Assembly: GCA_039024555.1 (NCBI GenBank)
Contig: JBCCQQ010000008.1
Location: 1 to 64,000 of the forward strand
Origin: Cyanobacteria bacterium P01_D01_bin.156
GTDB taxonomy: Bacteria; Cyanobacteriota; Cyanobacteriia; Phormidesmidales; Phormidesmidaceae
DNA: 64,000 bases
Direction of reading: 5' to 3'
Under the pieces are notes generated by a model. That model ran no database searches, was not told where the DNA came from, and worked only from the letters and a program-made list of their open reading frames with translations. The translations under genes were made by a program, and so were the position numbers. Positions 1 through 8,500 of the stretch are shown one piece after another. Each line of letters starts with the position of its first letter. Within the stretch, counting starts at the first letter, position 1.

Positions 1-113
1 CCGTCTATGAGACCGGACGTAAAGCTACCGATGAGTTTAAGGCTCAGATGCCCATTCGCTTCGATGACTATCTACCTCAATGGAATTATGTTGCTCAACC
101 ACAACAAATATAA
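1..113 (+). CDS. Transposase C-terminal fragment (ISAzo13-like), 5' end outside the window
   Basis: Hand translation of 3-110, TAA at 111-113. Not in the ORF track. Confidence 0.7.
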   Translation, partial: VYETGRKATDEFKAQMPIRFDDYLPQWNYVAQPQQI

Positions 114-140
114 AACTGGAAGTTATTAAATCCCTATTCC
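1..140 (+). mobile_element. Right end of an ISAzo13-like insertion sequence
   Basis: Frame from nt 3 reads VYETGRKATDEFKAQMPIRFDDYLPQWNYVAQPQQI*, resembling the ISAzo13-family transposase C-terminus (Y.TG.K...WNY...P). It is followed by a short tail ending GAAGTTATTAAATCCCTATTCC at 140, exactly where the neighbouring gene loses similarity to its paralogous domain. Confidence 0.75.
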
Positions 141-590
141 AAAGTGAACGTGGGGTGTACCGCTACGTGGTGGCTTTGACCAGAAGCTCAGACCAGTGGC
201 AAGGTTAGGATCGTTACCACTTTCTTGGTCAAAGTTAGGGGCACCTAGGTTCATACCATCAGGCTCGTTGTAGCTGCCAGACTGCAGCAGCTCTTGAGTG
301 TTGGTATCAAAGTTAAAGTTAACGCCGGGGTCAAGATGGTTATCTATATAGGTTTGCAACAGCGTTCCATCCGGTGCAAAGAAAGAAATATTGAGAAAAT
401 CTAAATCATCGGTTCTGACAATCCCATCTAAGTAGCTCTGGGTCTCGTCATAGCCAAATGAACCCGATACTTGAAATCCCGCAATTTGACCAGTCCAGTC
501 AAAGTTAAACTCAATCGCTTCAGCCTGGGCTGGAATCGCCAGGCTCATCGCTAAACCAATAAAAAGACTTTTTCTCAGCGTGAAGAACAT
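126..590 (-). pseudogene. Secreted protein (Sec signal peptide) of unknown function, 3'-truncated by the IS
   Basis: GGAG before the ATG; signal peptide MFFTLRKSLFIGLAMSLAIPAQAEA. The mature part aligns with an internal domain of the 1393-aa protein (WTGQIA...GIVR..DL....ISFF.PDG.L..TY.DNHL...FDTNTQ...EPDG.N.G...TGL..WSK...HF). After HF it reads GIGI* from IS sequence instead of DDWSDEFG. Confidence 0.75.
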
Positions 591-835
591 TGGCCAGAAA
601 TCTCCAAAAGATAATGATGCAGGCAGTACTGATCCGCATCTGCAAGTAAAACTGTGTCAATACAAAAGTCTGTCAGCGGCTTCACTAATAGACTTTTTGC
701 AACCTTTCAGCTGGTCCCCACTTGAATTTAGTAATCTTTTAACAGATGGGCTATGCCATGGAAAGATAAATATCTAACTCGAAGGCATAGACTAATCCAT
801 TGATACTATTAATAATATTGCTCTTCTAGCTGCTT

Positions 836-854
836 AATGCAAGTATTTTGCAAT
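836..854. promoter_or_regulatory. Weak Fur-box-like inverted repeat
   Basis: AATGCAAGT-A-TTTTGCAAT, 6/9 dyad symmetry, in AT-rich DNA upstream of the 154-aa gene. Confidence 0.25.
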
Positions 855-1235
855 AGTTGACATCGAGAAATCTATGGCTACTCTTTGGAGAACCCAGGAT
901 GACAATTTTTCTGTAAAAACATCAGGCAGTGCCCAACAGACAAACCTCATCATGGCGGATCAGAGAATGGATATATCAAGCCTTCACTTGCATCTAGCAT
1001 GGGCAAGAGTTCTAACTTGGATAATATCACTGTTCTTTTAGCCGCTGTGTGGAGATGCCGTTGAAGAGGAGTCTGCGGAGGTAGGCGTCATAGTAGTCTA
1101 ACAAGTAGCTTCAGCCTGTTGTTAACTATCATAGATAACTATGGGTAAACAATAAATTCACCTCCATAATGCTTATTTTATCGTTAAAAATATAGCTCGA
1201 TATAAATATACTCCAGGTAGCGTTGTTGATTAGGT

Positions 1236-1289
1236 GGCAAATAATAAGTGGCAGATCAGATCAAGCCAACCTGCCACTTATTATTTGCC
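1236..1289 (-). terminator. 19-bp perfect stem-loop directly after the 1393-aa gene
   Basis: GGCAAATAATAAGTGGCAG (1236-1254) / CTGCCACTTATTATTTGCC (1271-1289), 4 nt past the stop codon. No clear U-tract. Confidence 0.65.
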
Positions 1290-1293
1290 TTAC

Positions 1294-4200
1294 CTAAATA
1301 ATTGCCAATGCCTCCTCAGGGTTAGACACATCGGGCACCGTGACAAAGTCACTCTCACCCAGGACAGAAGCCTGAACATTGTTCAACACCGCCAAGGTCT
1401 CACCCGTGGTAGAAACACCCAGCAACGTATTGAGCCCATCCTGTGTGAGCGTCACCTCTGCAAAGGTAAATTCTCCTTCAACAATGCCAATGCGGTCGAT
1501 GCCTACTTCAAAGTCGAGGACAGTATCGGTACCGTCGCCCAGACCAAAGACAAACAGGTCGCTACCGCTACCGTCAGAGAAGTTGTCGCCAATCAGAATA
1601 TCGTTGCCAGTCACACCCATCAGGATGTCATCGCCCGCATCACCGTAGATGACGTCATCGCCCGCATCACCACTGAGGATATCGTTACCAGCTTTACCGC
1701 CAATGCGGTCATTACCTTCGCCACCGAAAATAATGTCGTTGCCGCCATCAACACTATCTTGGGGACTACGGCTGTTTAGGTCACCCCGTAGCACATCATC
1801 ACCATCGCCACCTTTAACAATGTCATCACCCAAACCACCAGCAGCTGTATCATCACCACCTAGGGCCTCAATGGTGTCACTAGTAGCATCACCCACTAGG
1901 GTCTCACCAGCCTCTGTCCCCGTAGTGCTGTTGCCATTTCCTTCGGCATCAGCAACCGTTTCATAGAAGGTGCCAGTAAACACTTCTGTATTCGGGTTGA
2001 TGGTAACGCCATCGGTTAGAGAGGTAATGGTAAAGTCAACCATTTCCGTTTGACCAGCAAAATCTTCAACAATCCCATCGCTATCCAAATCTCGATCGGT
2101 GGGGAAATCAAATAGCGGAATCGTAAACGAAGAGACTGGCTCTAGCAGCGTGATTTGTGCATCGGCAAGCTCAAAGTTGACAATATCTGCCACCGCAGTC
2201 AAACCATTGGTTTGTAGCTCTGTTAGAGAGAACCGAGTTAGACCGTCGGGCTCGCTGGAGGCAAAGTTAACGACCGGATTTATGCCATCGGGTAGATCAC
2301 CCTCGACAGTAAAGGTGACCGTCAGCGATTGGGGCTCTTCTACTTCACCAGGGAATGGGGTACCCAGCTCTTCAATAAATTCGGTGGTACTAAAGTCAAC
2401 GGTGACAACAGCCTCCAGTGGAGGACCTGCTTTAACAATGTCGGCATCAATGCGAGTATCACCGATATCGGCACCAACAAAATCATTCAGACCTAAAATA
2501 CCGGCTAGTTCAGGGGCCAGCAACAGGTCAGCATCGGCAACGGTCAGATCATCTTCCGTAACTAGGAAACGCCCTGGATTACCGATATCAAAGAGAACAT
2601 CGATACCTAAACCATCGTCTAGGGTGTCAGCCACAAAGAAACCGCTGTTGGTCTCACTTATGCGGCTTTCGTCATAGGCAATGGCAAAGTTGCCAATGGT
2701 CAGCAGTGTGTCATCGCCCACCAGGAATGTAATATCACCTGTATGGTCAATGGTGCCGCCTGCAGTTAGGTCGGGTACCGCATCAAAGGTGAAGTCTGTA
2801 GTCGGGGCAATGGCATAGGCCAGTTGAAACTGATTGGAAAATGCATCCGCTGTCGGCGTAGCATTCTGAATGATCAGCCCTGCAGTTTCAAACAGCGTAA
2901 AGTTGAGAAACAGGCTAGTGGCCCCATCTACCACTTCAAATGAACCATCTTCATTGTCCGGAGGAGACACGATGATGGGGCTACCCAGCTCTTCCAGAGT
3001 GTCTTGAATATCATCAAGATAGGTTTCACCCACTTTACCAGTCTCGATTAGCTGAGCAGTTGTTTGGGTTAAAAAGGCAATGTCCTCATGGGTACTATAG
3101 CCGATGGACTCATAACCAAACTCATCGGACCAATCGTCGAAGTGAATTAGCGAAGACGAGGTTTCTTTTGACTTACTCCACAGATTTAGCCCCGTAAATC
3201 CATCACCGACGGCGGTCTTTTCTCCCACATTTAAACCATCTGGCTCGGTAAAGATGCCATCGGTGAGAATTTGTTGGGTGTTGGTATCAAAGGCAAAGTT
3301 AAATTCAGGGAACGTGAGGTGATTATCCTCATAGGTGCGCATCAGCACACCGTCGGGGCCAAAGAAAGAGATATCAAAGGACTCTAGATCTTCTTCGCGG
3401 ACAATGCCTTCCTCAAAGTTAAAGGACTGGCCAGCGTCGTAGCTAAACTCTCCTGCCACACTAAATTCAGCAATCTGTCCGGTCCACTCAAACTCGTAGG
3501 TAACAATATCAGGAGTTGGCGGCTGGATGGTACGGCGATAGGTGGGTAGCAAATCGCTTACCAGATTGCTGCCAGAGCGGCCGTTAAGCAGCTCCACATA
3601 GGTAATCTCTTCTAGGGGGGAGTACCACAGGTTAGACCGGAAGCCGAGGGTTTGGCCGCGATGCACATACCAGAAACGATTGCGAGACTCTAGGGTGCCA
3701 ATACCCAAACCATAGGAGTCATAGTTGGGAGAGTTCACTTCAATGGTATCCAACATCTGCTCCAGGGTTTCTGGCTGAAGCAGAGCGTCTTCTACTAGGA
3801 GCCCATCAAAGAAGTCTGCCAGGTCTTCAGTGTTGGAAATAACTGAACCTGCAGCGCCTGCCCACGACAGGTTGGCAATGCCCACGTTGTCGAGGGTGCC
3901 GTTGTTGTCAAAGTCCCAATAGCTGTTAATGTAGCCACCTGGAATCTCATCTTCGCCAAAGACAAAGGTGTTATCTAGGTCGAGAGGGTCGATAATGCGA
4001 TCGCGAATCTCTGCCCCATAGCTATTGCCCGTAACCGCCTCGATTACTTCCCCAGCCAAAATATAGTTGGTATTAGAATATTGCCAATCTGTTCCTGGAT
4101 CAAAGAACGGATCTACACCGCCAATAAAGCCTACCAGTTGCTCAGGCGTCCACTCATTTAAGAAGATGGTGGGGTCATTCTGTGCCTGGTTGAATAGGAC

Positions 4201-5475
4201 GTCTGAGAAGTCGCTAATGCCGCTAGTGTGGTTGAGGATTTGCTCAATGGTAATCTCCTCTGCATTGGGCACCAGATCGGTAAATGTAGTATCTAACCAG
4301 TCAGTCAGCGTATCATCAAGAGATAGCTGATCTTCATCCACTAGCTGCAAAATGGTGGTGGCCACAAAGGTTTTGGTAATACTGCCCGCCTCAAATCGGT
4401 CGTCAGGCTCCAGGGGCACACTATTCTCCAAATCCGAAAAACCGCTCGCCCCAAACCATTCCCCCTCAGGGGTGAGAATAGCCACAGAGGCACCGGGAGC
4501 ATCGGGAGGAAGATTGTTATCTAAGGCTTCATCAAGGGCAGCTATGACCCGATCGGGCAGTGGGTTTGATGGCTCCGTTGGCGGTGGGCTGGGGGCTGCC
4601 AAGGCCGCAATCACAACGTTGCCAGTGTCGGTGCCGCCGTTGCCATCGCTGACGGTGTAGGTAAAGCTGTCTTGATCTTGATCTAGAGCATTGAAGCCGT
4701 TGGTGGGGGTGTAGGTGAAAGAGCCATCGCCGTTGAGGGAGACACTGCCATTTTCGGGGGCGGATGCGATCGCAACCGTCAAATCATCCCCATCGGCATC
4801 GGTATCATTCGCCAGCACGCCCCCGGCCACATCGACCGTCAGCTCAGTCGGCACTTCAAAAGTTGGATCTTCTACACCCGGTGCAATAATCACATCGTAG
4901 CGATCATCAGCTGCCACAGGAGCACTGTTCTCAAAGGGTGGGGGTGGTTCAATGCCCGGTAGCTGACTCTCGGTATCTACAAATATTACGGTGCTGCTAA
5001 CTGCATTAACATCGACAGTGTAGTCACTAACCCCAGTAATGGTGCCCTGGTCGACCGCTGGAATTTGATCGGCTGTCAGTAGGGAAAATTCAACGTCTAC
5101 CCGGCCATCGTAAGGGGCCTGAGGCGGTACCGACTCGTCCTGGTTAAGAACATCGATTATAAAGAAGGCAGACTCCGCACCTTCGGCAATGGTTAGAGCA
5201 AGACCAGATCTATCATCGTTCCGCTGAGGAATAGGGAAGGCAACAATATTTTCCACACGGTCTGTCGCACCACCGAGAAAATCACCCACCAGCTGCGTGA
5301 AATTAAGACGATTGAGAATCTCTGTCACTTCACTATCGACATAGACCCTCAGACCACCGCTAGGGGCAGGCTCATCTAAGTTAAATTGAACCGTTAGTGA
5401 TGTTTCTTGATCCTCAACTAGGGCATTGAGTTCTCCAGAAAAGTCGGTCGAAGTCGATAAACTAACTTGTACCAT
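1294..5475 (-). CDS. Giant acidic RTX/T1SS-type secreted protein with a beta-lactamase-family (S12-like) serine hydrolase domain
   Basis: N-terminal domain shared with the 3310-aa ORF; Ig/cadherin-like domain (APVAADD..GVLANDTDADGD..DGSFTYTP..DSFTYTVSDG); hydrolase motifs SITK, YSN, HRG; two unassigned domains; one Calx-beta-like repeat; GGxGxD repeats and RTX-type C-terminus. No signal peptide. Confidence 0.85.
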   Translation of the reverse strand: MVQVSLSTSTDFSGELNALVEDQETSLTVQFNLDEPAPSGGLRVYVDSEVTEILNRLNFTQLVGDFLGGATDRVENIVAFPIPQRNDDRSGLALTIAEGAESAFFIIDVLNQDESVPPQAPYDGRVDVEFSLLTADQIPAVDQGTITGVSDYTVDVNAVSSTVIFVDTESQLPGIEPPPPFENSAPVAADDRYDVIIAPGVEDPTFEVPTELTVDVAGGVLANDTDADGDDLTVAIASAPENGSVSLNGDGSFTYTPTNGFNALDQDQDSFTYTVSDGNGGTDTGNVVIAALAAPSPPPTEPSNPLPDRVIAALDEALDNNLPPDAPGASVAILTPEGEWFGASGFSDLENSVPLEPDDRFEAGSITKTFVATTILQLVDEDQLSLDDTLTDWLDTTFTDLVPNAEEITIEQILNHTSGISDFSDVLFNQAQNDPTIFLNEWTPEQLVGFIGGVDPFFDPGTDWQYSNTNYILAGEVIEAVTGNSYGAEIRDRIIDPLDLDNTFVFGEDEIPGGYINSYWDFDNNGTLDNVGIANLSWAGAAGSVISNTEDLADFFDGLLVEDALLQPETLEQMLDTIEVNSPNYDSYGLGIGTLESRNRFWYVHRGQTLGFRSNLWYSPLEEITYVELLNGRSGSNLVSDLLPTYRRTIQPPTPDIVTYEFEWTGQIAEFSVAGEFSYDAGQSFNFEEGIVREEDLESFDISFFGPDGVLMRTYEDNHLTFPEFNFAFDTNTQQILTDGIFTEPDGLNVGEKTAVGDGFTGLNLWSKSKETSSSLIHFDDWSDEFGYESIGYSTHEDIAFLTQTTAQLIETGKVGETYLDDIQDTLEELGSPIIVSPPDNEDGSFEVVDGATSLFLNFTLFETAGLIIQNATPTADAFSNQFQLAYAIAPTTDFTFDAVPDLTAGGTIDHTGDITFLVGDDTLLTIGNFAIAYDESRISETNSGFFVADTLDDGLGIDVLFDIGNPGRFLVTEDDLTVADADLLLAPELAGILGLNDFVGADIGDTRIDADIVKAGPPLEAVVTVDFSTTEFIEELGTPFPGEVEEPQSLTVTFTVEGDLPDGINPVVNFASSEPDGLTRFSLTELQTNGLTAVADIVNFELADAQITLLEPVSSFTIPLFDFPTDRDLDSDGIVEDFAGQTEMVDFTITSLTDGVTINPNTEVFTGTFYETVADAEGNGNSTTGTEAGETLVGDATSDTIEALGGDDTAAGGLGDDIVKGGDGDDVLRGDLNSRSPQDSVDGGNDIIFGGEGNDRIGGKAGNDILSGDAGDDVIYGDAGDDILMGVTGNDILIGDNFSDGSGSDLFVFGLGDGTDTVLDFEVGIDRIGIVEGEFTFAEVTLTQDGLNTLLGVSTTGETLAVLNNVQASVLGESDFVTVPDVSNPEEALAII

Positions 5476-5536
5476 AGTTGAAATGTTCCTGCTTTATTGA
5501 GTGTGTTGAAAAATAAGGATTAGAGAATAAAGCACT

Positions 5537-5573
5537 AAAAAAAATCAGCCCCCATCGTTTTTCGATGGGGGCT
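5537..5573 (-). terminator. Intrinsic terminator after the 1645-aa gene
   Basis: AGCCCCCATCG (5547-5557) / CGATGGGGGCT (5563-5573), an 11-bp perfect stem followed on the minus strand by GA and T8. Confidence 0.85.
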
Positions 5574-5587
5574 AAAATTATGGGAAT

Positions 5588-8500
5588 TTAGATGAGCGCT
5601 AACGCTTCATCAATGTTGGAGACATCGGGTACTGTGATAAAGTCACTCTCACCCAACGCAGTAGCTTGAACATTGTTCAATACCGCTAGAGTCTCACCTG
5701 TGGTGGAAACGCCTAGTACGGTATTCGCCCCATCTTGAGTCAGCGTTACATCAGCGAAGGTGAATTCACCCTCGACAATGCCGATGCGGTCGATACCTAC
5801 CTCAAAGTCGAGGACAGTATCGGTACCATCACCGCTGCCAAAGACAAACAGGTCGCTGCCGCTGCCATCGGAGAAGTTGTCACCAATCAATATGTCGTTA
5901 CCGGTAACACCCATTAGGATGTCATCGCCAGCGTCACCGTAAATGATGTCATCACCTTCATCACCACTGAGGATATCGTTACCGGCTTTACCACCAATGC
6001 GATCATTACCAGCACCACCGAAGATGATGTCGTTGCCACCAGCAACATCGTCCTGAGGAGAACGAGCGTTGAGGTCACCTCGCAATACATCATCTCCATC
6101 GTCACCAAGGATAATGTCACTGCCGAGACCACCAGCAATGGTGTCATCGCCCGCTTCACCATCAATGGTGTTGTCAGCATCGTCACCAACGATGGTTTCA
6201 GACTCGTCAGTACCAACAATCTCAAAGTCGTTGATGGTCAACGTTACCGTGCCATCGCCAACTTCATATTGCTCACCGTTCGCGAGGCCAAACGTGAGGG
6301 TTTCTAATCCTTCATTAGCACCATCGTCAAACACTGAAAGGGTAATGGAAGCTTGGGGTTCTACGATAGTCGCGAAGAAACCACCACGATCATCACCTTG
6401 TTCTGGGAATCCAGCTAACCCTACTAAATCAGTGACAGGGTCAATTCCATTTTCACCAAAGATGTTGAACTCCCCTATATCAGTAGGTCCACTAGACACA
6501 AACACCTGAAGACCTTCTGCGGGAATAGCACCATTGGTCTCATCTACGTCGAAGAATACGGTCAATTCTTCCCCTTCGACTAACTCGGTGTCGCTGACAG
6601 AGAGGCTGACTGTTGGTACGGTACTTTGATCCGGAATGTCTCCATCTTCAATCGTAATGCTGGTAACGGCCTGACCGACATTGTAACCGTCTCCTTCTAA
6701 CACCTCGAAGTCTAGGGTTAGTGATTCTTCTTCAAGAATGTCATCAAACAGAGCAACTGTAACAGTAACTGTTTCAGCAGTTAAACCGAAGTCAACTTCT
6801 GCGCCTCGATTTGCAATGGGAACAGCTCCATCTATTGGGTCAAAGATAATGCCGGCAGATGGATCAAGAAGGTCTTGATTGCCAAATAGCTCAAGCAAAT
6901 CACCACCAAGGGTAATAACGACTCCTTGCCCATCGTCAGGAATGTCACCATCGACAGTGAATACGAGATCAAAAGTCGGTGGTTGTCCATCTTCTGTTAC
7001 AAATGGGGTGGTGGTGGTGGTAAGGGAAACAACGGGGAGTGGGGGAGCATCGTCAATATTGACGGTGACAGAACCGTTAGTCTCCGAGACTTCGTACTCT
7101 TCTCCATTGACCACCTCAAATGTCAATGTCTCAAGACCTTCACCCGGACCATCATCGAATACAGACAGGGTAATGCTGGCATTTGGCTCAGTGATTGTCG
7201 CCAAGAAGCTACTGCCCACACCATCAGCAGAGATGGGGAAATCTGCCATGCCTGTCGTCTCAATCAGGAAATTACCATCCGCGTCAAAGATGGCAAATTC
7301 ACCGATGGCTCCGGGAGTAGGGCTCTGAACCAAGACCTCCAGACCGTCCGCCGGAATCTCACCGTCGACTGTAAAGTCAAGGGTGACGGTTCCCCCTTCA
7401 ACGAGATCAGTCTCAGTTGTTGTGATGGCAACCGTGGGACCCACACCAGGACCACCGTTGCCATCAGTTAATGTCAATGAGACGGTAGCGGCATCGGCAC
7501 TGACAACATAGTCCGAATCAATTGGGCCAGCATCACTGGGTAAAAGGGTAAAGGTATACTCCTCTGGCGCTTCCTCAATGATATCGTTCAAGAATGTACT
7601 GGTTGCAGTTGCATTATTCTCCAACAATACAAAATTGAAGAGCAGTGGTCGCTCAGGGTCAAAGAAGGAGCCAAAGGCAATACCTTCCCCAATAGTTGGG
7701 TTGCCACCTACCAACTCTTCCCCAAGAGTTGCGAGTGCCGAACCATCAACTAAGAAAGGCAGTCCCCCTGAAACTAGGTTGCCATCGTCATCAAATACAG
7801 GTGTCGGAATCTCGCCATTGGTAACACTAAAGGTAACGGTTTGCGTTGTCCCGTCTTCTTCAGAGACTTCAGTTGTATCGGCGGTGATACTGATGATCGG
7901 TGTTCCCTCAGGCGTGTCATTGATAGTTAGATCAACCATGCCAGCATCAGGATTCACTTCATACTGTTCACCATCAACCAACACAAAGTTCAGTACTTCT
8001 TCCCCTTCACCCGGGCCATCCTCAAACACTGACAAGGTAATCGAAGCCTGGGGTTCTTCCACAGTTACAAAGAAACCACCCAGATCATCACCTTGCTCTG
8101 GGAATCCAGCTAGACCAACTAAGTCAGTATCAGGGTCGATGCCGTTTTCACCAAAGATGTTGAACTCTCCTAAATCAGTGGGTCCACCATCAATGAACAG
8201 CTCTAGACCACCCTCTGGAATGACTCCAGTGGTCTCATCCACCGCAATATTAACAGTGAATTCTTCTCCTTCGATTAAGTCAGTATCGCTCACGGACAAG
8301 CTTACGGTTGGACCACCGCCAGGATTCGCACTAGCTCCATCCTCAACGGTAACGCTAACCGTTCCTTGACCAACGGTGTAAGCATCACTGGGTAATATCT
8401 CGAAGTTCAAGACATCCGGTAATTCTTCAACAATGTCGTTGAAAATGGTGGATATGGAGGTCACCTCTGGTACTAAAAGACCAAGAGTCACTTCTGTTCC

